Made by a program: the position numbers and the translations under genes
Shown here: positions 41,344 through 51,395 of the stretch, one piece after another
Layout: each line of letters begins with the position of its first letter
Position numbering within the stretch: position 1 is the stretch's first letter
The notes under the pieces: model-generated
What the model saw: only the letters and a program-made list of their open reading frames with translations
The model's database searches: none
What the model was told of the DNA's origin: nothing
Source: Oscillospiraceae bacterium
GTDB lineage: Bacteria > Bacillota > Clostridia > Oscillospirales > UBA929
Reading direction: 5' to 3'
Assembly (NCBI GenBank): GCA_031556035.1
Contig: JAVBTT010000006.1
Coordinates: 45,655-109,654 of the forward strand
Length of the DNA stretch: 64,000 nucleotides

Positions 41344-41391
41344 TTGACCAAACGTCTAACCCTCATTTAGAGGGGATCGGGGGCGGAATGC

Positions 41392-42042
41392 ATGAAGAAT
41401 AAGCTCTGGCAGATTGTGGGCGCGGCGGCGGGCATGTCCGGCGGGCACGACCTGAGCCATGTCCGCAGGGTGTACAGGCTAGCGATGCGCCTCAGCGACT
41501 TTTACCCGGAGGTGGACAGGGAGCTGCTGACCGCCGCGGTCATACTGCACGACATAGCGAGGCGGGAGGAGGACGACGACGCCTCCGGCATTGTCGACCA
41601 CGCGATGCTGGGCGCTGAAAAGGCCGAGCAGATACTGCTGGAGCTGGGCTGGGACGCGGAGCGCGCGTCCGCAGTTGCGGCATGTGTGCGCTGCCACCGT
41701 TACAGGGGCGAGGAAAACGCTCCGCGCACGATAGAGGCGAAAATCCTCTACGATGCGGACAAGCTGGACTGCCTTGGCGCCGTCGGCGTCGGGCGGCTGT
41801 TCATGCTTTCGGGGCAGTACGGCGAGAGGCTTTACATCGAGCCCCCGGCGGGCTTCGGCAGGGACGGTCACGCCCCCAGGATAAGCGAGTTTGCCGAGTA
41901 CAGCCCGAACCTCGAGTACCTTCTGAAAATGCGGCACATACCCGAAAAGCTTTTCACGCAGGCCGCGCGGGACATCGCCGCCGTGCGCATGGCGAGGATG
42001 GACAGATTCTTCGAGGAGCTGAAAGAGGAGATTGAGGGATGA
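41392..42042 (+). CDS. HD-domain phosphohydrolase
   Basis: H…HD motif (HVRRVY…ILHDIAR) and DADKLD. Confidence 0.8.
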   Translation: MKNKLWQIVGAAAGMSGGHDLSHVRRVYRLAMRLSDFYPEVDRELLTAAVILHDIARREEDDDASGIVDHAMLGAEKAEQILLELGWDAERASAVAACVRCHRYRGEENAPRTIEAKILYDADKLDCLGAVGVGRLFMLSGQYGERLYIEPPAGFGRDGHAPRISEFAEYSPNLEYLLKMRHIPEKLFTQAARDIAAVRMARMDRFFEELKEEIEG

Positions 42043-42110
42043 GGGAGAAATGATTTCGCCGCCCGAAGGGAGGCGAAATCACACAAGACTTTTCCACACC
42101 CGGAGGAACA

Positions 42111-42560
42111 ATGAAAAAAGTCACGATCTATACTGACGGGGCCTGCTCAGGCAACCCGGGGCCCGGGGGCTGGGGCGCGATACTCAGCTACGGCGGGCGC
42201 GAAAAGGAGCTGTCCGGCGGTGAGAGCCCCACTACCAACAACCGCATGGAGCTGACCGGGGCAATAGAGGCGCTGAGGGCGCTGAGGGAGCCCTGCGAGG
42301 TGGAGCTGTATTCGGACTCTCGCTACCTGGTCGACGGGATAACCAAGGGCTGGGCCAGATCCTGGAAGGCCAGGGGCTGGATAAAGGCGGACAAGAAGCC
42401 GGCGCTGAATCCGGACCTGTGGGACGCGCTGCTGGAGCTGCTGGAAAGGCACGAGGTCAGGTTCCACTGGGTGCGCGGCCACTCCGACAACGAGAAAAAC
42501 AACCGCTGCGACCAGCTTGCCAGGGAATATATTGAGAAGAGCGGAGCCGGTCGGGTCTGA
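42111..42560 (+). CDS. rnhA: ribonuclease HI
   Basis: [25 protein letters not shown]…ELTGAIEAL…[18 protein letters not shown]. The last 7 codons (EKSGAGRV) plus the stop come from the B-family repeat. Confidence 0.85.
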   Translation: MKKVTIYTDGACSGNPGPGGWGAILSYGGREKELSGGESPTTNNRMELTGAIEALRALREPCEVELYSDSRYLVDGITKGWARSWKARGWIKADKKPALNPDLWDALLELLERHEVRFHWVRGHSDNEKNNRCDQLAREYIEKSGAGRV

Positions 42561-42708
42561 AAATATCCAAGGAGAAACGAAGTGTACGACGCAGGATATT
42601 TTCAGACAAAGCGCAGGCGTTTGGCGTAGTCCGCAAAGCGGACGCAGCCAAAGCCGGAGCGGCAGCCCGGCGGGAGCTTGACATCACCCGAAGAGCGGAG
42701 CCGGGCGA
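42535..42708. repeat. B-family repeat, full copy, overlapping the rnhA 3' end
   Basis: GAGAAGAGCGGAGCCGGTCGGGTCTGAAAATATCC…GGATATTTTCAGAC…GAAGAGCGGAGCCGGGCG, with both termini present. It is followed by a GC-rich palindrome cluster at 42716-42880. Confidence 0.85.
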
Positions 42709-43033
42709 GTGAAAAAAAATCCCAGGGGATGCCGCGCCCCGCGGGGACGACCACCCCGCCGCGCGTCCGCGCGGCACCCCTCCAGGGAGGGGAATTACCC
42801 GTAGCGTCTCCATCCCCCTCCTGCGGAGGGGTGGGCCCGCAGGGCCGGGGTGGTTCCCATATCCCACGGAAATCGACATTTTCGTTGCATCTGCACTTTA
42901 CAAAGAGCATGGCCAGCGCTATAATTGTTTTGCAAAGGAAACAATCAGATCAATTATAACTACCATGAACATAATACGGGCATTGCCCGTTCAGCATAGA
43001 GGGCATTTCGACTTACAGAAAGAAGGATAATCG

Positions 43034-44212
43034 ATGTTTGTATACGCGGACAACGCCGCGACCACAAAGCTCAAAAACAGCGCGCTGGACGCCATGCTGC
43101 CTTGGTTGACGGACGGATACGGCAACGCCTCCGGCTTCTACTCTATAGCAAGGGACGCCAGACGCGCCGTTGAGGACGCGAGGAAGACAGTCGCGGAGGC
43201 GATGGGCGCCAGACCCGAGGAAATATACTTCACCTCGGGAGGCACGGAGGCCGACAACTGGGCGCTGAAGTGCGCCCTCCCCGAGGGAGGCACGCTAATT
43301 ACAACCGAGGTGGAGCACCACGCGGTGCTGCACACGGCGCAGTATCTCGGGAAAAACCGCAGGCAGGTCATATATCTTCCGGTCGACGAAAAGGGGCATG
43401 TCATAGAGGACGAGATGGACAGGGCGCTTGAGCAGCCGCCGGCCCTTGTGTCAATCATGCACGCCAACAACGAGATCGGCACAATTCTCGGGGTCAACGA
43501 GCTGTTCGCCAAGGTCAAGACCAGATGGCCGAAGGCCCTGACGCACACAGACGCTGTTCAGGCGGTGGGGCATGTCCCGGTCAGCCTTGAGTTTGTGGAC
43601 ATGCTGTCCATGTCGGCGCACAAGTTCGGCGGCCCCAAGGGGGTCGGAGCGCTGTATATCCGCAGGGGCGTCAGCCTGCCGCCGCTGCTGCACGGGGGCG
43701 GGCATGAGCGCGGCAAGCGCTCCTCGACCGAAAACGTGGCGGGGATCGTCGGGATGGCCGCCGCGCTCCGGGAGGCTGTCAATAAGCTTGACATTGCGGC
43801 GGGGAAGACGAAAAGGCTGCGTGATAAGCTGATTGACGGTGTGCTGGCAATACCCTACAGCTTTTTGAACGGCGACCGTGAGGTGAGGCTCCCCGGCAAC
43901 GCCTCGTTTATATTTGAGGGCGTGGAGGGCGAGAGCCTTGTGCTGGGTCTGGACGCCAAGGGAGTATGTGCCTCTTCCGGCTCGGCCTGCTCGTCCGGCA
44001 CGCTGGACCCGTCCCATGTGCTTATGGCGATCGGGCTGCCCCAGGAGGTCGCCCACGGCAGCCTCCGGCTGAGCCTGAGCGAGGACAATACCGAGGAGGA
44101 GGTCGCGTATATGATCGAGGCAGTCGCTGAGATCGTGGCGCGCCGCCGCTCAATGAGCCCGCTGTGGGACGAGAGGGAGCAGAAGCCGACCGAAAGGTTC
44201 TGGAGCAAGTAA
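43034..44212 (+). CDS. cysteine desulfurase (NifS/IscS family)
   Basis: Class V aminotransferase with the PLP Lys motif (SAHKFGGPKG) and active-site Cys (SSGSACSSG). Confidence 0.9.
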   Translation: MFVYADNAATTKLKNSALDAMLPWLTDGYGNASGFYSIARDARRAVEDARKTVAEAMGARPEEIYFTSGGTEADNWALKCALPEGGTLITTEVEHHAVLHTAQYLGKNRRQVIYLPVDEKGHVIEDEMDRALEQPPALVSIMHANNEIGTILGVNELFAKVKTRWPKALTHTDAVQAVGHVPVSLEFVDMLSMSAHKFGGPKGVGALYIRRGVSLPPLLHGGGHERGKRSSTENVAGIVGMAAALREAVNKLDIAAGKTKRLRDKLIDGVLAIPYSFLNGDREVRLPGNASFIFEGVEGESLVLGLDAKGVCASSGSACSSGTLDPSHVLMAIGLPQEVAHGSLRLSLSEDNTEEEVAYMIEAVAEIVARRRSMSPLWDEREQKPTERFWSK

Positions 44213-44280
44213 ACATAATGTATTATATTACAATGCTGACGATATATAATACTAGAAGTATATTATAAGGAGATATCCAG

Positions 44281-44733
44281 ATGCTGTACACCGACAAGGT
44301 AATGGAGCATTTCAACAATCCGCGCAACGTCGGAGAGGTCGAAAACTGCAACGCCGAGGGCACTGTGGGCAATCCGAAGTGCGGAGATATCATGAAGATA
44401 ACCATGCGCATCGAAAATGACAGGATTGAGGACGTGAAGTTCAAGACTTTCGGTTGCGGCGCGGCGGTCGCCACCTCGTCGATGGCTACCGAGCTCGTCA
44501 AGGGCAAGACGGTGAGCGAGGCGCTGGGACTGACAAACCGCGCGGTGGTGGAAGCCCTTGAGGGCCTGCCGCCGCAGAAGATACACTGCTCTGTGCTGGC
44601 GGAGGAGGCTATCAAGAGCGCGATAGCTGACTACTACAAGCGCCGGGGCATAGACCCCGCCCCCATACTGGGCTGCGACGCGGACTGCGAGAGCTGCCAC
44701 AGGGAATACGAGGAGCACTATTTCGAGAAATGA
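44281..44733 (+). CDS. nifU: Fe-S cluster assembly scaffold (NifU/IscU N-terminal-domain type)
   Basis: YTDKVMEHFNNPRNVG…GNPKCGDIMKI…FKTFGCGAAVATSS…HCSVLAEEA, the three conserved Cys. Confidence 0.9.
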   Translation: MLYTDKVMEHFNNPRNVGEVENCNAEGTVGNPKCGDIMKITMRIENDRIEDVKFKTFGCGAAVATSSMATELVKGKTVSEALGLTNRAVVEALEGLPPQKIHCSVLAEEAIKSAIADYYKRRGIDPAPILGCDADCESCHREYEEHYFEK

Positions 44734-44915
44734 TTACAATTAGTTGATCCCCCGGCCGCAAGGCTGGGGGATCATCTATGTTAAGGGGAGGGAGGCTCAC
44801 GCCTTCGGCTGCCCGGCATTACATCATACGGCGGGGGCAAAGGCGTTGTTCTCCCTGAATATGGAACCCGGAACCGCGCGGTTGCAAATGGCCGCGCGTT
44901 TTAAAGATAATCAGG

Positions 44916-45545
44916 TCACACGAGCGGCTTCCTTTTTATCTGGGCCCAGGGGCGGGGATAAATTTTATTAGTAAAAGTAATTTTTAACACTGTTATTACA
45001 TTGTGTAAAGTGCCGTCCGACAGCTCGTAGATATAGTCTTCGCCGCGCTCCCCGCCTAAAAGCCGGTACGGGGCGCTCTCAAACGCGGTGGATTTCATCG
45101 CGAGCAGAACCCCGCCAGGCTTCAGCAGCGGAAGGGCCAGCTCGCACAGCAGCGGCAGGGAGGCGACCCCGCGCGCCGTTACGATGTCAAAGCTCTCGCG
45201 GGCCGGGCCGTGGGCGTACTCCTCGGCGCGCCCGTGGACGCAGGCGACATCCCGGAGGCCGAGCGCGTCCGCGACGCGGCGCAGGAACTCCACCTTCTTG
45301 CCTGTGCCGTCCAGCAGGGTCAGCGCAATCGACGGCTCGGCGATTTTCAGCGGAAGCCCGGGAAAGCCCGCTCCGGAGCCAAGGTCCAGCACGCGCCTGT
45401 TCCTGAAGTCCGCGCAGCCGAGGAGCTTGAGGCTGTCCTCAAAGTGGCGCACTCGGATTTCCTCCGGCTCGCGTATCGCGGTCAGGTTCATCACAGCGTT
45501 GGCCTCAAGCAGGAGGGACAGATAGAGATCGAATTGCTCGTCCAT
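44916..45545 (-). CDS. rsmG: 16S rRNA (guanine527-N7)-methyltransferase RsmG (GidB)
   Basis: SAM motif VLDLGSGAGFPGLPL and overall GidB length and sequence. Confidence 0.9.
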   Translation of the reverse strand: MDEQFDLYLSLLLEANAVMNLTAIREPEEIRVRHFEDSLKLLGCADFRNRRVLDLGSGAGFPGLPLKIAEPSIALTLLDGTGKKVEFLRRVADALGLRDVACVHGRAEEYAHGPARESFDIVTARGVASLPLLCELALPLLKPGGVLLAMKSTAFESAPYRLLGGERGEDYIYELSDGTLHNVITVLKITFTNKIYPRPWAQIKRKPLV

Positions 45546-45582
45546 AGAGTACCGCCTTTGATGATGGTTGTGGTACGGCGGG

Positions 45583-45754
45583 CTTGGCTGCGCTCTTAGG
45601 TGATGTCAAGCTCCCGCCGGGCTGCCGCTCCGGCTTTGGCTGTGTCCGCTTTGCGGACTGCGCCAAACGCCTGCGCTTTGTCTGAAAAATATCCTGCGTC
45701 GTGCGCTGCGTTGCTCCTTGGATATTTTCAGACCCGCCCGGCTCCGCTCTTCTC
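45583..45754. repeat. B-family repeat, full copy (reverse orientation relative to 15888-16038), fused to the mnmG 3' end
   Basis: GGCTGCGCTCTTAGGTGATGTCAAGC…GGATATTTTCAGACCCGCCCGGCTCCGCTCTTCT. Confidence 0.85.
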
Positions 45755-47614
45755 TAAAAAAATCATCAGCGCTGTCAAGTCCGCGGGGTTTACACCCGGG
45801 ATGCGCCCGGCCTGGCCGAGATTCTCCGGGCGCACGCGCTGGAGCTTCTCACGCGCTTCAAGCCGCAGGCCCTGGATAGAAGAATAGTCGATGTCCCCCG
45901 GCAGGGCCCGGCGCTCCATCCGCGAAAACTCCTCCACCTGGGCCATTTGCCGCCGGATATAGCCCTCGTAGCGCAGCCGTATCTCAACCTGCTCTCGCAC
46001 CGGGCCGGGCAGGTCGGGCCGCTCCGGATCCACCGGCGCAAGCGCCTCATAGCTGAGCTCCGGGCGGCGCACAAGGTCAGCCAGCTTCACCCCGGTCGAG
46101 ACGGCCGACGTGCCGCAGCCCTCTAAAAGGGCGTTCAGCGCGTCCGACGGCGGTATAACCGTGCGCTCAAGGCGGCCGAGCTCCTGCTCGGTCAGGTGCC
46201 GCTTCTCAAGCATGTTGTCATATACAGAATGTAATATAAGTCCAATATTATAACCGATTGACATCAATCTCTCGTCCGCGTTGTCCTGCCGCAGCAGCAG
46301 CCTGTATTCGCTGCGCGAGGTCATCATGCGGTACGGCTCGCTCGTTCCGCGGGTCACAAGGTCGTCGATCATCGTGCCGATGTAGCTGGACGCGCGGCTG
46401 AGGGTGAACGGCTCCCGGCCCAACACCCTGTGGGCGGCGTTGATGCCCGCCACAAGCCCGAGCGCCGCCGCCTCTTCATAGCCGGACGTAGAGCAGAACT
46501 GCCCCGCGCCGAACAGCCCTTGCATATCTATGAGCTCCAGCGTCGGGCGCAGCGCCAGCGGATCCACGCAGTCGTACTCGATCGCGTAGGCGGGGCGGCA
46601 GACCTCGGCCCGCTCCAGCCCGGGTATGGTGCGCAGCGCCATGAGCTGCACCTCCTCCGGGAGGCTGGAGCTGAAGCCCTGGAGATAAAGCTCGTCCGTC
46701 TCCAGGCCGCACGGCTCCAGGAACAGGTGGTGCCGCTCCTTGTCCGCGAAGCGGACGATCTTGTCCTCAATCGAGGGGCAGTAGCGCGGCCCGGTGCCCT
46801 CAATCACCCCTCCGTAGAGCGGGGAGCGGTGCAGGTTCGCGCGGATCACCGCGTGCGTCTCGGGGGTGGTGGACGTGCGCCAGCACATCGCGCGGTTTCG
46901 GGGTCTGTCCGTTGTCGAGAATGAAAAAGGCGGGATGTCCTCGTCCCCGTGCTGGGGCTCCATCACCGAGAAGTCGACGCTTTTCGCCAGTATCCGGGGC
47001 GGGGTGCCGGTCTTGAAGCGCTGTAAAGGCAGTCCCATTGCCAGCAATGACTCGGTGAGCCCGGACGCGGGCTGGAGTCCGTCCGGCCCGGAATCCCTCA
47101 GATATTCGCCGACGATCACGCGCCCGCGCAAAAAGGTGCCGGTGGCGATTATCGCGCATTTGACAGGATGCGCGGCCCCCAGCGCGGTTGTAACGGAGCT
47201 CACGCTCCCGTCCTCCCCGCGCTCTATCGAGATTATCTCGGCCTGCTTCAGCGTCAAGCCTGGCTCACGCTCCAGCACCCGCTTCATGTGTATGTGGTAG
47301 CGCGCCCGGTCGGCCTGCGCGCGCAGCGAATGCACCGCCGGGCCCTTGCCTCGGTTGAGCATCCGGTACTGGATGCAGCAGGCGTCGGCGGCCTTTGCCA
47401 TTTCGCCGCCCAGCGCGTCTATCTCGCGCACAAGATGGCCCTTGGCGGTACCTCCTATGGCCGGGTTGCAGGGCAGGTTTGCCACCGCGTCCAGGTTCGT
47501 GCAAAAGCAGACCACCCGGCAGCCCAGCCGGGCGGCGGCGAGCGCGGCCTCTATCCCGGCGTGGCCCGCGCCAATCACGGCGATATCGTAGCTCTCGGCG
47601 GCGTAAACTGTCAT
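45728..47614 (-). CDS. mnmG: tRNA uridine 5-carboxymethylaminomethyl modification enzyme MnmG (GidA)
   Basis: FAD motif YDIAVIGAGHAGIEAA. Start trimmed to the ATG at 47614 (MTVYAAESYD…), making an ATGA overlap with the upstream gene. The C-terminal tail …[10 protein letters not shown] is encoded by the B-family repeat. Confidence 0.9.
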   Translation of the reverse strand: MTVYAAESYDIAVIGAGHAGIEAALAAARLGCRVVCFCTNLDAVANLPCNPAIGGTAKGHLVREIDALGGEMAKAADACCIQYRMLNRGKGPAVHSLRAQADRARYHIHMKRVLEREPGLTLKQAEIISIERGEDGSVSSVTTALGAAHPVKCAIIATGTFLRGRVIVGEYLRDSGPDGLQPASGLTESLLAMGLPLQRFKTGTPPRILAKSVDFSVMEPQHGDEDIPPFSFSTTDRPRNRAMCWRTSTTPETHAVIRANLHRSPLYGGVIEGTGPRYCPSIEDKIVRFADKERHHLFLEPCGLETDELYLQGFSSSLPEEVQLMALRTIPGLERAEVCRPAYAIEYDCVDPLALRPTLELIDMQGLFGAGQFCSTSGYEEAAALGLVAGINAAHRVLGREPFTLSRASSYIGTMIDDLVTRGTSEPYRMMTSRSEYRLLLRQDNADERLMSIGYNIGLILHSVYDNMLEKRHLTEQELGRLERTVIPPSDALNALLEGCGTSAVSTGVKLADLVRRPELSYEALAPVDPERPDLPGPVREQVEIRLRYEGYIRRQMAQVEEFSRMERRALPGDIDYSSIQGLRLEAREKLQRVRPENLGQAGRIPGVNPADLTALMIFLEKSGAGRV

Positions 47615-48126
47615 CGCTGCGGAATATGGGCGCGGTAAAGGCCCTTTTGAACCAAAAACAGCAGCGCCGAGTATATCGGTATGGTCAGCAGCCGCCACGG
47701 TAGCGCCTCAATTATGAGCACATGCGCCGGGAGGTTCCTGATCTGCGACATCCAGAGCGAGCCCAGCAGCAGCGACACCGGCAGCACGACAGCGGAGACC
47801 GCCAGCAGTGCCCGCCACCATTTGACGGGACGGCGGTAGAGGGTAAAACCGTAGATCAATCCTGTCAGCACGGCGGACAGGGTGTAGCCGAGGTGTATGG
47901 ACAGGCCTCCGGAGTTTATCAGCATTCCAAGCAGATCCCCCGCCACAGCTGAGCCGGCCGCCCACAAAGGGCCGAGCAGCCAGCCGACCAGCGCGTGCGC
48001 CAGAAACTGAGGGCTGATGCGCACGGTGTTGAGTCCGGGCGGCATGTAAAAATACAAAAACCTCGCGAACACAATATCCATCGCGACAAACAGCCCCGCG
48101 AGGGCCAGTTTTTTTACCCTGCTCAT
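47611..48126 (-). CDS. ECF-transporter S component, FolT-like (folate-family substrate-capture protein)
   Basis: 171 aa with 5-6 TM segments. The N-terminus MSRVKKLALAGLFVAMDIVFARF resembles FolT/ECF S components. GGAAGAG SD. Confidence 0.6.
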   Translation of the reverse strand: MSRVKKLALAGLFVAMDIVFARFLYFYMPPGLNTVRISPQFLAHALVGWLLGPLWAAGSAVAGDLLGMLINSGGLSIHLGYTLSAVLTGLIYGFTLYRRPVKWWRALLAVSAVVLPVSLLLGSLWMSQIRNLPAHVLIIEALPWRLLTIPIYSALLFLVQKGLYRAHIPQR

Positions 48127-48403
48127 TTTTTATACTCTTCCTTCAGCATGGAATAACAGGCGGTGTCCAGCACGGCGCCGTCGCAAATCGCGCTGGCGCG
48201 GCGCAGGGTGCCAATTGAGTCTGTGAGCTTGCCGTTTTCCTTCAGCTCAAGCGCCCAATACTCATCCTTGGCAATCTGATCGCCTCTTTACAAAACATAA
48301 TTGTACCACAGGCGGCGATGTGGGACAAGTGCGAGTTCCCGCCCCTGCGCGGCAAATCATTCTTTTGCCGCACAGCTCGTCGTGGCCGCCCCGCATTTTT
48401 CCC

Positions 48404-48432
48404 TTTACATTTGCGGCGGCCTATGTTAAAAT
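48404..48432 (+). promoter_or_regulatory. sigma-A-type promoter for rpsO (TTTACA, 17 nt spacer, TGtTAAAAT extended -10) followed by a ~135 nt structured leader
   Basis: Motifs read directly from the sequence. The leader has GC-rich stems (GCGGAGCCGCCGC…), consistent with S15 autoregulatory leaders. Confidence 0.55.
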
Positions 48433-48571
48433 GACTGCGTTTATAGCTCCGTTTGCGCGGAGCCGCCGCTCCCCAAAGCTAAGTCCGGGGGAAAACGGGC
48501 CGTATCACCGGCCGGTTCACCCGCCCCGAACATGGCTCTGCGGGAAATTAAGGCAGGAAAGGTGAAAAAAC

Positions 48572-48838
48572 ATGCTTCTCAAAGAGAAAAAGACCGACAT
48601 TATTGTGGATAACCGCATCCACGAGACCGACACGGGTTCCCCCGAGGTTCAGGTCGCGATCCTGACCGAGCGCATCAACCAGCTCACCGGGCACCTCAAG
48701 GAACACAAAAAGGACAACCACTCGCGCCGCGGCCTTCTGAAAATGGTAGGCCAGCGCCGCAGCCTGCTGGATTACCTTGCCAAGAAGGACATTGAGCGCT
48801 ACAGGGCGCTTATCGCCAAGCTTGGCATCCGCAAATAA
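48572..48838 (+). CDS. rpsO: 30S ribosomal protein S15
   Basis: 88 aa (…[18 protein letters not shown]…). Confidence 0.95.
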   Translation: MLLKEKKTDIIVDNRIHETDTGSPEVQVAILTERINQLTGHLKEHKKDNHSRRGLLKMVGQRRSLLDYLAKKDIERYRALIAKLGIRK

Positions 48839-48860
48839 GTGTTGAGGCTTTGACGAGTTG

Positions 48861-48941
48861 AACGGGACGCCCTGAGGCTGTCCCCTCCGCGAGCGATTTT
48901 GCGGGGGCGGACTCACTGGCGTCCCGTTTGAAGCGTTTTTT
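48861..48941 (+). terminator. rho-independent terminator/attenuator between rpsO and pnp
   Basis: AACGGGACGCC…GGCGTCCCGTT stem followed by GCGTTTTTT. Confidence 0.75.
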
Positions 48942-49174
48942 AGCAAACAGACACCGTCATCCTGAGTGCAGCGAAGCCGTCTATCTCCTGGTAAGCGCCG
49001 TGTAAATGTCTGTTTACGCGTAGGGGCGCGCAGCGCGCGTCCGATATTTATTGCGGCGCAATAGCGGACGGCCAGTGGCCGCCCCTACAGAGACGCTGAC
49101 GAATCAGCGGTTACTCTGACGTCTTCGCTTTGCTCAGAATGACGGAATCTCGTACAATTGAAAGGATGTAACAA

Positions 49175-51280
49175 ATGACAAAGCGAGAATTCCCGAACGC
49201 GCGTATTTATCAAACAACCCTGGGCGGACGCCCCCTGAGCTTTGAGACCGGCAAGCTGGCCGAGCTGGCCGGGGGCGCCGTTATGGTGCGCTACGGCGAG
49301 ACCGCCGTGCTCGTCACCGCGACCGCCGCCGCCAAGCCCCGCGAGGGCATCGACTATTTCCCGCTCTCGGTGGACTTTGAGGAGCGCCTCTACTCCGTTG
49401 GCCGCATCCCCGGAAGCTTCCTGCGCCGCGAGGGCCGCCCGAGCGAGAGAGCCGTGCTGGCCTCCCGCCTGATCGACCGCCCGATGCGCCCGCTTTTTCC
49501 GGACGACCTGCGCAACGACGTGGCGATAGCCGCCACCGTAATGAGCCTTGATCCCGACTGTGCGCCCGAGATACCCGCCATGCTCGGCGCGTCGCTCGCG
49601 GTTTCGATCTCCGACATCCCGTGGAGGGGCCCGATAGCGGGCGTAGCCGTCGGCCTTGTGGATGGTCAGCTCGTCATCAATCCTGACACGGCCCAGCGCG
49701 AGGCGTCCACCCTCCAGCTCACCGTCGCCGGCACAGCGGACAAGGTCGCGATGATTGAGGCCGGGGCCAGCCAGGTGCCCGAGGACATCATGTACGACGC
49801 GATAATGTTCGCGCACGGGGAGATCAAAAAGCTCTGCGCGTTTTTTGACGGAATTATAGCCGAAATCGGCAGGCCCAAGTTCAGCTACAACCCCGTATAC
49901 TTCAATCAGGAGCTCTACGACGCCATTAAGGCCGCGGGGCTCGGCTCCCTTGAGCGCTGCCTGGACACCGACGACAAGAACATCCGCGAGGAGCGCCTGA
50001 AGTCCTGGAAGGACGAGATCGTCGAAAAGTATAAGGAGCGGTTCCCCACGGTCGAGGCCGACCTGGGCGATGTGGCCTACAAGCTCCAGAAGTCGGTGGT
50101 GCGCCGCTGGCTGCTGGAGGAGAAGCGCGTTGACGGACGCGGGATGCTGGATGTGCGCCCGCTGTCCTCCGAGGTGGGCATTCTGCCCCGCGCGCACGGC
50201 TCGGGCCTCTTCTCGCGCGGGCAGACGCAGGTACTGACCATCGCCACCCTGGGCACGATATCCGACCAGCAGAAGCTGGACAATATCTTCGATGAAGAGA
50301 CAAAGCGCTATATGCACCACTACAATTTCCCGTCCTATTCGGTGGGCGAGGCGCGACCGTCCAGGAGCCCGGGCCGCCGCGAAATCGGCCACGGAGCGCT
50401 CGCCGAGCGCGCGCTTGAGCCGGTCATTCCCGCCGAGACGGACTTCCCCTACTGCATCCGGCTTGTGTCCGAGGTGCTGTCCTCCAACGGCTCCACATCG
50501 CAGGGGAGCGTCTGCGGCTCAACTCTGGCGCTGATGGACGCCGGTGTGCCGATCAAGGCCCCGGTAGCGGGAATCTCGTCCGGCCTGATCACCGAGGGCG
50601 ACCGCTGGATGACGTTCGTGGACATCCAGGGCCTGGAGGACTTTTACGGCGACATGGACTTCAAGGTTGCCGGAACCAAGGCGGGCATCACTGCGATTCA
50701 GATGGACCTCAAGATAGACGGCCTCACCCCCGAGATCATCAGGAGCGCGCTGGACATCACCCGCGACGCGCGCTATAAGATTCTGGACGAGATCATGCTG
50801 CCCTGCATCCCGGCCCCGCGCGAGGAGCTGTCCAAGTACGCGCCCAAGATGATCCAGATGCAGATCGACCCGGAGAAGATCCGCGAGGTCATCGGCAAGG
50901 GCGGCAGCGTGATACAGAAGATCGTGGCGGACACCGGCTGCAAGATCGACATTGAGGACGACGGCAGGATATTCATCGCGGCCATCAACAAGGAGGACTG
51001 CGACAAGGCCCAGAAGATCATAAAGGCGATCGTCTTTGAGGCCAAGGTGGGCGACATGTTCTACGGCAAGGTCACCCGCGTTCTCCCGATAGGCGCGTTC
51101 GTCGAATACGCCCCGGGCAAGGAGGGCATGGTGCACATCTCCAAGCTGGAGAACCACCGGGTTGCCAAGGTCGAGGACGTGCTCAACCTGGGGGATATGA
51201 CCTGGGTCAAGTACCTTGGCGCGGACGAGAAGGGCCGCATCAACCTCAGCAGGAAGGACGCCGTTCCGCAGGACATGTAG
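49175..51280 (+). CDS. pnp: polyribonucleotide nucleotidyltransferase (PNPase)
   Basis: 701 aa with two RNase PH domains, KH and S1. Preceded by a long structured leader at 48942-49174 containing a GTAGGGGCG…CGCCCCTAC clamp, likely the RNase III processing site. Confidence 0.95.
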   Translation: MTKREFPNARIYQTTLGGRPLSFETGKLAELAGGAVMVRYGETAVLVTATAAAKPREGIDYFPLSVDFEERLYSVGRIPGSFLRREGRPSERAVLASRLIDRPMRPLFPDDLRNDVAIAATVMSLDPDCAPEIPAMLGASLAVSISDIPWRGPIAGVAVGLVDGQLVINPDTAQREASTLQLTVAGTADKVAMIEAGASQVPEDIMYDAIMFAHGEIKKLCAFFDGIIAEIGRPKFSYNPVYFNQELYDAIKAAGLGSLERCLDTDDKNIREERLKSWKDEIVEKYKERFPTVEADLGDVAYKLQKSVVRRWLLEEKRVDGRGMLDVRPLSSEVGILPRAHGSGLFSRGQTQVLTIATLGTISDQQKLDNIFDEETKRYMHHYNFPSYSVGEARPSRSPGRREIGHGALAERALEPVIPAETDFPYCIRLVSEVLSSNGSTSQGSVCGSTLALMDAGVPIKAPVAGISSGLITEGDRWMTFVDIQGLEDFYGDMDFKVAGTKAGITAIQMDLKIDGLTPEIIRSALDITRDARYKILDEIMLPCIPAPREELSKYAPKMIQMQIDPEKIREVIGKGGSVIQKIVADTGCKIDIEDDGRIFIAAINKEDCDKAQKIIKAIVFEAKVGDMFYGKVTRVLPIGAFVEYAPGKEGMVHISKLENHRVAKVEDVLNLGDMTWVKYLGADEKGRINLSRKDAVPQDM

Positions 51281-51337
51281 AGTTGCAGAGTAATTTTTAT
51301 CTTGAAATATGAGCATACTTTACCCATGCCGGAAAGA

Positions 51338-51370
51338 CAGCTATGCCCCGCCTTCGGCGGGGCATAGCTG
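51338..51370 (+). terminator. hairpin downstream of pnp
   Basis: CAGCTATGCCCCGCC-TTCG-GCGGGGCATAGCTG. Confidence 0.55.
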
Positions 51371-51395
51371 CCATTTAGAATCAGGGGGCCAACCT

